NCBI GenBank assembly: GCA_902772845.1
Contig: CACYCI010000004.1
Coordinates: forward strand, 908-64,907
DNA from: an uncultured Ruminococcus sp.
GTDB lineage: Bacteria; Bacillota; Clostridia; Oscillospirales; CAG-382
Direction of reading: 5' to 3'
DNA length: 64,000 nucleotides
Shown here: piece after piece, positions 26,882 to 35,816 of the stretch
Layout of the letters: each line of letters begins with the position of its first letter
Numbering within the stretch: the stretch's first letter is position 1
The notes under the pieces: model-generated
Told to the model about the DNA's origin: nothing
Seen by the model: the letters and a program-made list of their open reading frames with translations, nothing else
The model's database searches: none
Position numbers and translations under genes: made by a program

Positions 26882-27592
26882 TCAGTTCTCTTCCGCCGCG
26901 GGCGGATAAGCGCGCGCCCCGAAGATGCCTTCGCCTATACGGATCAGGTTGGAGCCGCATTCCAGCGCCGTGACGTAATCGTGGGTCATGCCGAGCGAAA
27001 GTATTTCCATGCTGACATTAGCCATATTACTATTATCCACATTTTGGTGCTTGATGTCAATAAATTTTTTCGTTATTTTTGTAAAAAAAGCAGATAATTT
27101 TTCTTTTTCTTCGGTTTTCGGTACCACGCCCATCAATCCGCGCACCCTTATGTGCTCAAAACCGCTTATCCGCTGCAGAAAACCGTCCAGCTCTTCGAGC
27201 GCGACTCCGCCCTTGGCCTGTTCGCCGCCCAGATTCACTTCGACCAGGCAATCCTGTACGATCCCGCGGCGAGACGCCTGTTTTTCTATCTCTTGGGCGA
27301 GCTCTGCCGAATCCAGCGAATGGATCAGCGCGACCTTGCCGACGATATATTTTGCCTTGTTGCGCTGAAGGCGCCCTATAAAGTGGATCTCGAAGCGCTT
27401 ATCGAGCAGCGGCAGCTTTTCCAGCAGCTCCTGAACGCGGTTTTCGCCTATAAGGTGAACGCCCATATCGTAGATCTTGTTCACCGTGGCCGCGTCTACC
27501 GTCTTGGTGGCGGCGAGCACGCGCGCCTTTGTCCCGGCGGCGGCGAGCACGGCTTTTACGTTGTTTTGCAGCTGAATGTCCGAAACACTCAT
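26882..27592 (-). CDS. YggS/YlmE-family PLP-binding protein
   Basis: ATG at 27592 (MSVSDIQ..) makes an ATGA overlap with the upstream gene. The motifs ..LAATKTV.., HFIGRLQRNK and LSLGMTHDY are present. Confidence 0.88.
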   Translation of the reverse strand: MSVSDIQLQNNVKAVLAAAGTKARVLAATKTVDAATVNKIYDMGVHLIGENRVQELLEKLPLLDKRFEIHFIGRLQRNKAKYIVGKVALIHSLDSAELAQEIEKQASRRGIVQDCLVEVNLGGEQAKGGVALEELDGFLQRISGFEHIRVRGLMGVVPKTEEKEKLSAFFTKITKKFIDIKHQNVDNSNMANVSMEILSLGMTHDYVTALECGSNLIRIGEGIFGARAYPPAAEEN

Positions 27593-28842
27593 TTCACAAT
27601 CTTCCCTTCGTAAAGATCCCTGCCCGATACTATGACCGGATCGTAAAGCGAAAGCGCGCTTTTGGAAACGCGGTCTATCTTTTCGGGGTACGGCGGTTTG
27701 CAGAAGCAATAGCCGTTTTCTTCGTAAAGCACTTCGGTGGTCTTGAATTTGACCACGGTGCCGTCCAGCGTATATACGCCCACCTTGCCGTCTATGACGC
27801 GTATCGCCGCCGCGGGCACTTTTATGCCGGAAAAAGATTCGGCGACTATTTCGACCGGCTGGCTGCGTGTGTAGTTGAACCCCTGGACTATGACGTCGGT
27901 GGAAAACACCGCCACGGCGGTATCGTAATTGGTCTGCGAAACGACCTTTTCAAGACGCATGTCCAGCGTTCTGCCGTCGGAATACGGAAAACGCAGTTTA
28001 TACAGATAATACGCGCTCTTTCCGCCCGTCAGGCGCGAAAGAGTCTTTTTATCCAGACTCACGGTAACATACCAGCGCGGCGACGCGACTATTTTGCCCA
28101 CGTTAAGACTTGCGGAAGAAAAACGCGGAGTGACGTCGCGCAAGGAATCGTACTGTTCCAGCGTCAGCCCGTTAAGCAGCCCCATGGTGAAAGTGTATTC
28201 ATAGCCGTCGGTGGTGGAATAGAAATAGCCGGAATCGCCGGCGCGCACGGTGAGCGGCGTTTCGGTGAGCAAAGACCTGAGCTCGCTTATACGGCGGCGG
28301 TATTCGTTTATGACGATGTCGTATCCGCCGGCGGCGGTCATAACGGCGGTGCGCCGGTTCAGCAGCACGAGCAGCTCGTCTTCGTTCATGGAAGCCATGC
28401 GCAGATTGCCCGAATTGACCGAATATATTATGGAATACACGCGTTCGGAAATGTCGCGGTCGAGCGTTTCGAGATCGTTGGTGGAATAGACCTTTATAAC
28501 GGACGAGCGTTCGAGTATGGCGATCTTCTTTTCGAGCGAGTTGATCTCTTCCTGCAAGGCGGCGTCGCTTTCGCTGCGGTAGACCGTAAGGATATCGGCG
28601 CCGCGCGCGACCTTTGCGCCGTCGGCAAAATAATAGCACGGCGTGCCGCTGCCGGCGACCGTTATGGGCGTTTCGTCGCGGAATACGTATGCTTCCGCCG
28701 AAACGGCGCGGTCGGTCGAACCGTAGACCGCGCTTTCGACTTCGATCATATCGCCTACCGAAAGCCGGACCTGCAGCCCGACGTAGAACAGCACCGCCAG
28801 CGCGGCGACGCCCATTAAAATGTGTTTCAGATAATGTTTCAC
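27589..28842 (-). CDS. HlyD-like membrane-fusion-type protein (N-terminal TM, barrel-sandwich and coiled-coil)
   Basis: It has an N-terminal TM segment (ILMGVAALAVLFYVGL), a lipoyl-like hybrid motif (..ADGAKVARGADILTVY) and a coiled-coil (ALQEEINSLEKKIAILE). The family assignment is tentative. Confidence 0.55.
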   Translation of the reverse strand: MKHYLKHILMGVAALAVLFYVGLQVRLSVGDMIEVESAVYGSTDRAVSAEAYVFRDETPITVAGSGTPCYYFADGAKVARGADILTVYRSESDAALQEEINSLEKKIAILERSSVIKVYSTNDLETLDRDISERVYSIIYSVNSGNLRMASMNEDELLVLLNRRTAVMTAAGGYDIVINEYRRRISELRSLLTETPLTVRAGDSGYFYSTTDGYEYTFTMGLLNGLTLEQYDSLRDVTPRFSSASLNVGKIVASPRWYVTVSLDKKTLSRLTGGKSAYYLYKLRFPYSDGRTLDMRLEKVVSQTNYDTAVAVFSTDVIVQGFNYTRSQPVEIVAESFSGIKVPAAAIRVIDGKVGVYTLDGTVVKFKTTEVLYEENGYCFCKPPYPEKIDRVSKSALSLYDPVIVSGRDLYEGKIVK

Positions 28843-28843
28843 T

Positions 28844-29770
28844 TCAACGCTCCAGATATTCTCGCACGAGCTGTTCCGCCCGCAGCGAAGGGTCGCGGGC
28901 TATATCTGCAAAAACGCAGCCCTTTATGCGTTTGAAAAACGTCTGCTGACGCTTGGCGTAATTGCGTGAATGCTGCTTGATGAGCGCAACCGCTTCATCC
29001 AGCCCGCATTCCCCGCGGAAGTACGGAAAAAGTTCTTTGTAACCTATTGCCGCGGAAGCGGTGGGGGCTTGTTCCAGCCCGGCTTCCCAAAGCGAACGCG
29101 CTTCCTCTTCGAGCCCCTGCCCGAACATCTTGTCCACTCGCGCGTCTATGCGCGAATAGATCAGCGATCGGTCTTCCGACCACAGGCAGAAATACAGCGG
29201 TTCGTATTCGCGCTCGCCGGAATTGTTCAGTTCGTTCATACGGGTGGGCGTAATGCCGGTGGCGCGGTAAATTTCGAGATACCGCACGACGCGGCGCACG
29301 TTGTTCGCCTGAGTGCGCGCGGCGGCATCGGGATCTATGCGGCAAAGCTCGGCGTAAAGCGTTTCCGCGCCGCGGCGCTCCGCCTCTTCCGTAAGCGCCC
29401 GACGTATTTCCGGGTCGCCCGCGCTTTGACTTAACGAAAACGAATCGAACAGCATCTGCGAATAAAGCCCCGTGCCGCCCACGACGAACGGGATCTTCCC
29501 GCGCGAAGTGATATCTTCCAGCGCGGCCGTCGCGCGCGCGACAAAATCCGCCGAAGAAAACCGTTCGCTGATATCGAGTATGTCTATAAGATGGTGCGGG
29601 ACGAGCGCAAGCTCTTCCGCAGAAGGTTTTGCGGTCCCTATATCCATTTTGCGGTAGACCTGCATTGAATCGGCGGAGATTATCTCGCCGCCGAACGCGC
29701 GGCAAAGCTCTATGGCGAGCGAGGTCTTGCCCGCGCCGGTCTGCCCGCCTATGACTATGGCTTTTTTCAT
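28844..29770 (-). CDS. miaA: tRNA dimethylallyltransferase
   Basis: The P-loop reads GQTGAGKTSLAIEL. The motif ..ISADSMQVYRKMDIGTAKP is present. Confidence 0.93.
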   Translation of the reverse strand: MKKAIVIGGQTGAGKTSLAIELCRAFGGEIISADSMQVYRKMDIGTAKPSAEELALVPHHLIDILDISERFSSADFVARATAALEDITSRGKIPFVVGGTGLYSQMLFDSFSLSQSAGDPEIRRALTEEAERRGAETLYAELCRIDPDAAARTQANNVRRVVRYLEIYRATGITPTRMNELNNSGEREYEPLYFCLWSEDRSLIYSRIDARVDKMFGQGLEEEARSLWEAGLEQAPTASAAIGYKELFPYFRGECGLDEAVALIKQHSRNYAKRQQTFFKRIKGCVFADIARDPSLRAEQLVREYLER

Positions 29771-29840
29771 CGATCGATTTTCTCCCGGCTTTTTAACTGT
29801 TCACTCTTAAATATTCGCTCTTCGCTGTATTCACTGCTTT

Positions 29841-29906
29841 CGTCGAGCCGCTTTTGAGGAGCAACGAAGTATGGCGAAAAATTATTTGATGAGCATCGCG
29901 TCGCCG
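29841..29906. repeat. 66-bp direct repeat, copy 1 (contains a relic of the last 25 nt of queA)
   Basis: It is 65/66 identical to 29988..30053, offset 147 bp. The single difference is T at 29870 versus C at 30017. Confidence 0.95.
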
Positions 29907-29987
29907 TGTTTTTCCATTTCTCATCAAAAGAATTTTTTGTCAGGCGAGGCGCACCGGAAAAAGCAAGGCGAAGGCGTAGTCCATCTA

Positions 29988-30053
29988 CGTCGAGCCGCTT
30001 TTGAGGAGCAACGAAGCATGGCGAAAAATTATTTGATGAGCATCGCGTCGCCG
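29988..30053. repeat. 66-bp direct repeat, copy 2 (spans the true queA stop and 41 nt downstream)
   Basis: See copy 1. Positions 30029..30053 are the last 8 queA codons plus the stop. Confidence 0.95.
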
Positions 30054-31075
30054 AAGCTGAAGAAACGGTATTCCTGCTCCACCGCTTCCTTGTACGCTTT
30101 CATGGTGTTTTCGTAACCGGCAAAAGCCGAAACGAGCATGATGAGCGTGCTTTCGGGCAGGTGGAAATTGGTTATGAGCGCATCCACCGCCTTGAACCGG
30201 TAGCCCGGGTATATGAATATCCCGGTCTCGCCGCAGAAGGGCGAAAGCTTGCCGGAACCGTCCGCGCAGCTTTCGAGCAGCCGGCACGACGTTGTCCCGA
30301 CGGCGAATATCCTGCCGCCCGACGCGCGCACGGAATTGAGCTCGTCTGCGGCGGCGGGGGTGAGCTCTATGTGTTCGGTGTGCATTTTGTGTTCGAGTAT
30401 GTTCTGTTCCTTTACCGGACGGAACGTTCCGAGCCCGACGTGCAGCAGCACGCGGACCACTTTGACTCCCCTGCTTTCGAGCTCGGCGAGCAGTTCTTTT
30501 GTAAAGTGCAGCCCCGCGGTAGGCGCGGCGGCGGAGCCCTCGCGGCTGGCGTAAACGGTCTGGTAGCGGTCTTTGTCGCGCAGTCTTTCTTTTATGTACG
30601 GCGGCAGCGGCATGGCGCCGACCTCATCCAGCAGGGCGAGGAAATTGCCCTGATATTCAAAGCGGATCCGGCGCGAGCCGTCTTCTTCGTCCACAGAAAC
30701 GACCGTTCCGCGCAGCGACGGCGAATATTCCAGCACGTCGCCCGGACGCGCTTTTTTGCCCGGCTTTACAAGGCAGTTCCACTCGTCGCCTTCCACGCGC
30801 TTCAGAAGCAGCGTTTCCACGGCGCCGGTGCGCGCGGGGTTTTTGCCCATTATGCGCGCAGGGATGACTTTTGTGTCGTTGATGACGAGCGCGTCGCCCG
30901 GACGGATATATGAAAGCACGTCCGTGAACGCGCCGTGAGAGATCGCCCCCGTGGCGCGGTCGAGCACGAGCAGGCGCGACGAATCGCGCTTTTCTATGGG
31001 CGTCTGGGCTATTAAACGGGGCGGAAGATCGTAGTAGTACGAAGAAAGCCGGGTGAGATCCGGAAGGTTTGGCAT
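30029..31075 (-). CDS. queA: S-adenosylmethionine:tRNA ribosyltransferase-isomerase
   Basis: The N-terminus reads ..YYYDLPPRLIAQTPIEKRDSSRLLVL.. The motif ..TNFHLPESTLIMLVSAF.. is present. Confidence 0.95.
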   Translation of the reverse strand: MPNLPDLTRLSSYYYDLPPRLIAQTPIEKRDSSRLLVLDRATGAISHGAFTDVLSYIRPGDALVINDTKVIPARIMGKNPARTGAVETLLLKRVEGDEWNCLVKPGKKARPGDVLEYSPSLRGTVVSVDEEDGSRRIRFEYQGNFLALLDEVGAMPLPPYIKERLRDKDRYQTVYASREGSAAAPTAGLHFTKELLAELESRGVKVVRVLLHVGLGTFRPVKEQNILEHKMHTEHIELTPAAADELNSVRASGGRIFAVGTTSCRLLESCADGSGKLSPFCGETGIFIYPGYRFKAVDALITNFHLPESTLIMLVSAFAGYENTMKAYKEAVEQEYRFFSFGDAMLIK

Positions 31076-31140
31076 ATGTAAAAGCTCCTGAATAAACTGT
31101 ACTGTGCGGAGGGCAAGGGTATAATATCCCTTGTAACCGT

Positions 31141-31169
31141 ATTATAATGTATCCCGCCGCATATTTCAA
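31141..31169 (-). promoter_or_regulatory. Sigma-A-type promoter TTGAAA-17-TATAAT for queA
   Basis: The minus strand reads TTGAAAtatgcggcgggatacatTATAAT, about 65 nt upstream of the queA ATG. Confidence 0.6.
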
Positions 31170-31197
31170 GTAATTTTGCAAGAAAGGGAAAATTTTT

Positions 31198-32088
31198 ATG
31201 GAACACCCTCCTGTGTTCAAAGGCATTGCCACAGCATTGGCAACGCCTTTTTCCAAGGACGGGATAGATTGGACGGCTTTTGCCCGGATGGTGGAGTTTC
31301 AGCTCACGGGCGGGACGGACGCGCTGGTGGTCTGCGGCACCACCGGCGAAAGCGCGACTCTGAGCGAAGAGGAGCACGCGCAGGCAGTGGACTTTTGCGT
31401 GCGTCAGGTGCGCGGCAGAGTCCCTGTCATAGCCGGCGCGGGCAGCAACGATACCCGCCGCGCCTGCCGTCTTGCGGAACGCGCCTGCCTGTGCGGCGCC
31501 GACGCCGTTATGGCGGTGACGCCCTATTACAACAAAGCCACGGGCCGCGGGCTTTTTGCCCATTACGCCGCCATATGCGAAAGCTCGGACGTGCCGGTGC
31601 TGATATACAACGTGCCCGGGCGCACCGGAATGAACGTGACGCCTGAACAGTACGCCGAGCTTGCATGCCTGGACCGCGTGTGCGGGATAAAAGAGGCGGA
31701 CCCCGACCTTGAAAAGGCCGCGCGCACGTTTGCGCTGTGCCGCGGCGCGCTGGATATTTACTGCGGCTGTGACGCTCTTATACTTCCGTTCCTGGCGCTG
31801 GGCGCGGCGGGCGCGGTGTCGGTCATATCCAACGCCGCGCCGAAACGGATAAAAAAGCTTTATGCGGCGTTCGCCGGCGGCGACGTGAAGCTTGCGCAGG
31901 CCATTCAGGACACCCTGACAGAGACCGAAAAGCTGCTGTTTTGCGAGCCGAATCCGGCGCCCGTGAAATCGCTGCTTGCGCAAATGGGGCTGTGCGGCGC
32001 CGAAGTCCGGCTGCCGCTGACTCAGCCGGAACCCGCGCTTGCGGAAAAGCTTTTTTCCGCCGCGAAAAAAGCCGGGATCGCAAAATGA
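31198..32088 (+). CDS. dapA: 4-hydroxy-tetrahydrodipicolinate synthase
   Basis: The motifs ..GIATALATPF.. and VCGTTGESATLS are present. The length (296 aa) is typical of DapA. Confidence 0.93.
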   Translation: MEHPPVFKGIATALATPFSKDGIDWTAFARMVEFQLTGGTDALVVCGTTGESATLSEEEHAQAVDFCVRQVRGRVPVIAGAGSNDTRRACRLAERACLCGADAVMAVTPYYNKATGRGLFAHYAAICESSDVPVLIYNVPGRTGMNVTPEQYAELACLDRVCGIKEADPDLEKAARTFALCRGALDIYCGCDALILPFLALGAAGAVSVISNAAPKRIKKLYAAFAGGDVKLAQAIQDTLTETEKLLFCEPNPAPVKSLLAQMGLCGAEVRLPLTQPEPALAEKLFSAAKKAGIAK

Positions 32089-32117
32089 CGGAAAGCGGAA
32101 GACCGCTCGATCACGGT

Positions 32118-32156
32118 CCGCCCAAAAGACGGGCGGGCCGTCTTTGTTTTGGGCGG
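32118..32156 (+). terminator. Long hairpin terminator after dapA
   Basis: The sequence is CCGCCCAAAAGACGG-gcggg-CCGTC(tttg)TTTTGGGCGG. The T-run lies inside the 3' arm. Confidence 0.6.
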
Positions 32157-32170
32157 GGCGGACGCGGACA

Positions 32171-32192
32171 ACAAAAAGGCGCTTTACGCCTT
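32171..32192 (-). terminator. Small terminator-like hairpin after acpP
   Basis: The minus strand reads AAGGCG-taaag-CGCCTT followed by TTTGTTG. Confidence 0.45.
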
Positions 32193-32263
32193 ACGGCGAA
32201 AAGCCACCCTTAATTTGATACCGCTGCCTGCGCCGGGCGCGGACGGCACCCGGAGCGCGGCGT

Positions 32264-32491
32264 TCATTCGTGCTCTTCTATAAAATCCACAACGTCGCGG
32301 ACCGTCTTGAGTTCGGCCGCCTCTTCGTCGGAAACGGTGACGTCGAGCGCGCTTTCGATTTCCATAAGCAGTTCGACGAGGTCGATCGAATCGGCGCCGA
32401 GGTCTGTTACGAGGTTGGAATCGTCTTCTATGGAATTAACGTCTATGCGCAGCTTCTTGGCGATAAGTTCGATTATTTCTTCTTTTGTCAT
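32264..32491 (-). CDS. acpP: Acyl carrier protein (stand-alone)
   Basis: It is 75 aa and acidic. The phosphopantetheine attachment motif is LGADSIDLVEL. Confidence 0.9.
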   Translation of the reverse strand: MTKEEIIELIAKKLRIDVNSIEDDSNLVTDLGADSIDLVELLMEIESALDVTVSDEEAAELKTVRDVVDFIEEHE

Positions 32492-32533
32492 TTTTTTGCC
32501 TCCCGCAAATGTATTTGGTTATCTGCGCTGTAT

Positions 32534-32562
32534 ATAATAATACCCTTTTTGCGATTTTGCAA
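32534..32562 (-). promoter_or_regulatory. Sigma-A-type promoter TTGCAA-17-TATTAT for acpP
   Basis: The minus strand reads TTGCAAaatcgcaaaaagggtatTATTAT. It is flanked and overlapped by the 12-nt direct repeat AAAAAGGGTATT. Confidence 0.55.
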
Positions 32563-32624
32563 TACCCTTTTTTTAAGTTTTTGGGATTTTTCAGTTTTTT
32601 AACAAAAATTATGCCGCCATTTTA

Positions 32625-32653
32625 TTGACTGGACGCAAGATATGTGATAATAT
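32625..32653 (+). promoter_or_regulatory. Sigma-A-type promoter TTGACT-17-TAATAT for ruvC string
   Basis: The sequence is ttgactggacgcaagatatgtgataatat, with a T-rich upstream region. Confidence 0.5.
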
Positions 32654-32694
32654 AAAGTGTTAAAATATACAGACTATCGCTTTGGGAGGAATTT

Positions 32695-33192
32695 ATGCTT
32701 ATTATAGGCGTCGACCCCGGACTTGCGACCGTGGGCGTGGGCGTTATCGAAGCGCAAGGCGGCAAGTTCCGCGCGCTGGAATACGGCTCCATCATCACAA
32801 AGCCACGGCAGCTTCTGGAAGTCCGTCTGGAGCAGATATACGACAAGCTCACCGAAATAATAGTCCGCCGCAAGCCGGACGTGATGGCGGTGGAGGAGTT
32901 GTTCTTCAACACCAATCAGAAGACCGAAGTGGCGGTCGCGCAGGCGCGCGGCGTAATACTGCTGGCGGCGCAGAAACAGGGGCTGGATATTTACGAATAC
33001 ACCCCGCTGCAGATAAAGCAATCGGTCGTGGGGTACGGCAGAGCGGAAAAGAAACAGGTCATCTATATGACGCGCGTCATACTCAAGCTGGATTCCGACC
33101 CCAAGCCCGACGATACGGCCGACGCGCTTGCGGCGGCGATCTGCCACGGCAACCACGCCATGCACGCGGTGCCGAGCATATTCAACAGATAA
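32695..33192 (+). CDS. ruvC: Crossover junction endodeoxyribonuclease RuvC
   Basis: The N-terminus is MLIIGVDPGLATVGVGVI. The motifs ..VEELFFN.. and ..DDTADALAAAICH are present. Confidence 0.93.
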   Translation: MLIIGVDPGLATVGVGVIEAQGGKFRALEYGSIITKPRQLLEVRLEQIYDKLTEIIVRRKPDVMAVEELFFNTNQKTEVAVAQARGVILLAAQKQGLDIYEYTPLQIKQSVVGYGRAEKKQVIYMTRVILKLDSDPKPDDTADALAAAICHGNHAMHAVPSIFNR

Positions 33193-33204
33193 GGAGTTCA
33201 CGGA

Positions 33205-33789
33205 ATGTATTACTACGTTAAAGGCACGCTTACGGTGCTGGCCCCCGACATGGCGGTGCTCGAATCGAACGGGGTCGGCTATATGCTTTACGTTTCGCTC
33301 GCCACGCACGAAAAGCTGGCACCGCTGTATCAGAAACAAGCGCAGCTTTACACTTATTTGAACGTGCGCGAAGACGCCATGGAGCTGTTCGGCTTTTTCA
33401 CCGAAGAAGAACGCGAATGCTTTATAAAGCTGCTTTCGGTGTCCGGCGTGGGCCCCAAAGCCGCAATGGCGATACTTTCGCTTTACACCCCACAGTCGCT
33501 GGCCGGTCTTGTGGCGAACGGCGACGCAAAAGCCATTTCGCGCGCGAACGGAGTGGGGCTGAAGACCGCGCAGAAAGTCATAATAGAGCTCAAAGGCAAG
33601 CTGGATCTTTCCGGCGGGCCCGCTTCCGCGTCACCGCTGCCTTCGGCGCTTGCGGACGCGGCGGACACGCTTGCGGTCATGGGCTTTTCAAGGTCCGAAG
33701 CCGCCGAGGCGCTGCGCGGCGTAAATGCCGACCAGCCGCTTGAAAACATAATAAAAGACGCGCTCAAAAAGCTCAGCCGCCTGGGCTGA
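33205..33789 (+). CDS. ruvA: Holliday junction helicase subunit RuvA
   Basis: The motifs ..GVGYMLYVS.., ..LYTYLNVREDAMELFGF and LLSVSGVGPKAAMAILS are present. Confidence 0.93.
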   Translation: MYYYVKGTLTVLAPDMAVLESNGVGYMLYVSLATHEKLAPLYQKQAQLYTYLNVREDAMELFGFFTEEERECFIKLLSVSGVGPKAAMAILSLYTPQSLAGLVANGDAKAISRANGVGLKTAQKVIIELKGKLDLSGGPASASPLPSALADAADTLAVMGFSRSEAAEALRGVNADQPLENIIKDALKKLSRLG

Positions 33790-33810
33790 ACCTGAGCAGA
33801 CGGAGGGAAT

Positions 33811-34914
33811 ATGCCCATAAACCAGAACGCTCCGTTTGACGGAGCAGAATACGATTACGATTTCAATTCGCGAATCACCGGCGGAGAATTCACCGACGAG
33901 GACGCCGAAAACGAAATATCGCTCCGCCCGCACACGCTGGACGAATACGTGGGGCAGGAAAAAGTAAAAAAGAATCTGCGCGTTTTTCTGGAAGCGTGCC
34001 GCCAGCGCGGCGACAGTCTGGACCACGTCCTGCTCCACGGCCCCCCCGGGCTGGGCAAGACCACGCTTTCGTGCATAATCGCGTCGGAACTCGGCGTGAA
34101 CCTTAAGATCACCTCCGGCCCTTCCATAGAAAAAGTGGGCGACCTTGCGGCGCTGTTGACCGGGCTGGAAACCAACGACATACTCTTTATAGACGAAATA
34201 CACCGGCTCCCCCGCGCGGTGGAGGAAGTGCTGTACCCCGCCATGGAAGACTTTGCGATAGACGTTATGGTCGGCAAGGGGCCTTCGGCGAGGTCGCTGC
34301 GCATACCGTTAAAAAAGTTCACGCTCATAGGCGCCACCACACGCGCCGGGCGGCTTTCGGCGCCCCTGCGCGACAGGTTCGGCATGAGTTTCAGGTTAGA
34401 CCTGTACGAAGCCGAAGAGCTTGCGCGCATAGTGACGCGTTCGGCGGGGATACTTGAGACCGGCATAACGCCCGAGGGCGCTTACGAGATAGCGCGCCGT
34501 TCACGCGGGACGCCGCGTATAGCCAACCGCTTTTTGAAGCGCGTGCGCGATTTTGCCACCGTACTCGGCGACGGGACTATCACGCGCGAGATCTCGGACA
34601 CCGCGCTGCGTTCGCTGGACGTGGACGAGCTGGGGCTTGACGCCGTTGACCGCAGGATGCTGACCGCCATTATACAGCATTTCGACGGCGGCCCGGTGGG
34701 GCTGGAAACGCTTTCCGCGATAATAGGCGAAGAAAGCGTGACGCTTGAAGACGTCTACGAGCCGTACCTGCTGCGGCTGGGCTTTTTGAACCGCACTCCG
34801 CGCGGACGCATGGCGACGGCTTCGGCATACCGCCATCTGGGGCTTGCCGTACCAAATAAAGATCCGCGCAAAAATTCCGAACAGCTTTCGTTCGGCGACA
34901 AAGCCGAAAGCTGA
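33811..34914 (+). CDS. ruvB: Holliday junction helicase subunit RuvB
   Basis: The motifs [12 protein letters not shown] and the Walker [11 protein letters not shown] are present, along with ..FIDEIHRL.. and ..[16 protein letters not shown]. Confidence 0.96.
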   Translation: MPINQNAPFDGAEYDYDFNSRITGGEFTDEDAENEISLRPHTLDEYVGQEKVKKNLRVFLEACRQRGDSLDHVLLHGPPGLGKTTLSCIIASELGVNLKITSGPSIEKVGDLAALLTGLETNDILFIDEIHRLPRAVEEVLYPAMEDFAIDVMVGKGPSARSLRIPLKKFTLIGATTRAGRLSAPLRDRFGMSFRLDLYEAEELARIVTRSAGILETGITPEGAYEIARRSRGTPRIANRFLKRVRDFATVLGDGTITREISDTALRSLDVDELGLDAVDRRMLTAIIQHFDGGPVGLETLSAIIGEESVTLEDVYEPYLLRLGFLNRTPRGRMATASAYRHLGLAVPNKDPRKNSEQLSFGDKAES

Positions 34915-34932
34915 AAAACACAGGAAGGTAAC

Positions 34933-35793
34933 ATGTTCAAAGCAGATAACTGGACCGATTACGAGCTGCTCGACGCTTCGGACGGCGAACGCCTGGAGCG
35001 CTGGGGCAAATACATACTCATCCGCCCCGATCCGCAAGTGATATGGAAAGGCGAAAAGAAACACCCGTTGTGGAAAAAGCCCGACGCGGTGTACCGCCGT
35101 TCTTCGTCCGGCGGCGGAGAGTGGATAAAAAAAGATGTCCCCGAGGAATGGACGGTGGATTACGGAAAACTGCGCTTTCTGCTTTCGCCCATGGGGTTCA
35201 AGCATACGGGGCTGTTCCCCGAACAGGCCGCCAACTGGGAATATATGCGCAATCGCATCGCCGGCAAGCGGCTGAAAGTGCTGAACCTTTTCGCCTACAC
35301 GGGGGGCGCTACCGTCGCGGCGGCGGACGCGGGCGCGTTCGTGTGCCACGTGGACGCTTCCAAAGGCATGGTGGCGCGTGCTAAGCAGAACGCTGCGCTT
35401 TCTTCACTGCCGGCGGATTCGGTGCGCTTTATAGTGGACGACTGCCTTAAATTTGTGGAACGCGAAAAGCGGCGCGGTTCGTTTTACGACGCGATCATAC
35501 TCGATCCGCCGTCTTACGGCAGAGGACCGAAAGGCGAAAAATGGGTGCTGGAAGAACGGCTGGACGAGCTGGTAACAGCCATCAGCGGCGTGCTCAACGA
35601 AAGCCCTTCGTTCGTCATCCTGAATTCCTACACGACGGGGCTTTCGCCTTCGGTGTGCGGGTACATCCTGAGCAAAACGCTCGTCCCCCGTTTCGGCGGC
35701 ACGGTCTGCGCCGACGAAATAGGGCTCAAAGTAACGCAGAGCGGGTTGTATCTTCCCTGCGGCAGCGCGGCGCGCTGGCAGGCGGAACAATAA
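34933..35793 (+). CDS. Class I SAM-dependent (rRNA large subunit RlmI/RlmK-like) methyltransferase
   Basis: The SAM-binding motif is VLNLFAYTGGATVAAA and the catalytic-type motif is ILDPPSYGRG. Confidence 0.78.
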   Translation: MFKADNWTDYELLDASDGERLERWGKYILIRPDPQVIWKGEKKHPLWKKPDAVYRRSSSGGGEWIKKDVPEEWTVDYGKLRFLLSPMGFKHTGLFPEQAANWEYMRNRIAGKRLKVLNLFAYTGGATVAAADAGAFVCHVDASKGMVARAKQNAALSSLPADSVRFIVDDCLKFVEREKRRGSFYDAIILDPPSYGRGPKGEKWVLEERLDELVTAISGVLNESPSFVILNSYTTGLSPSVCGYILSKTLVPRFGGTVCADEIGLKVTQSGLYLPCGSAARWQAEQ

Positions 35794-35816
35794 ATCACAG
35801 CAAAAAAGGAACCGAT

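Noticed and set aside
27000-27125. A sharply AT-rich island (about 125 nt) inside the GC-rich yggS/ylmE coding region, containing promoter-like TTGATG...TATTTT on the antisense strand.
   Set aside because: The reading frame is uninterrupted. It encodes a K/N/I/F-rich surface segment (..KLSAFFTKITKKFIDIKHQNVDNSNMANV..) between intact YggS motifs. There are no repeats or insertion boundaries. An internal antisense promoter cannot be supported from sequence alone.
29871-30116. An 81-aa plus-strand ORF beginning MAKNYLMSIASP, with the same peptide repeated internally.
   Set aside because: It is an artefact of the 66-bp direct repeat read antisense to the queA 3' end. It has no RBS, and it overlaps the genuine queA coding sequence.
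31100-31140. The inverted repeat CAAGGG-tataatat-CCCTTG in the queA 5' leader, considered as a possible preQ1-type riboswitch. The two plus-strand TATAAT hexamers were considered as a dapA promoter.
   Set aside because: The hairpin and its flanks do not resemble the preQ1-I/II consensus (no conserved loop or A-rich tail pairing). Neither plus-strand TATAAT has an acceptable -35 at 16-18 nt, so no dapA promoter is called.
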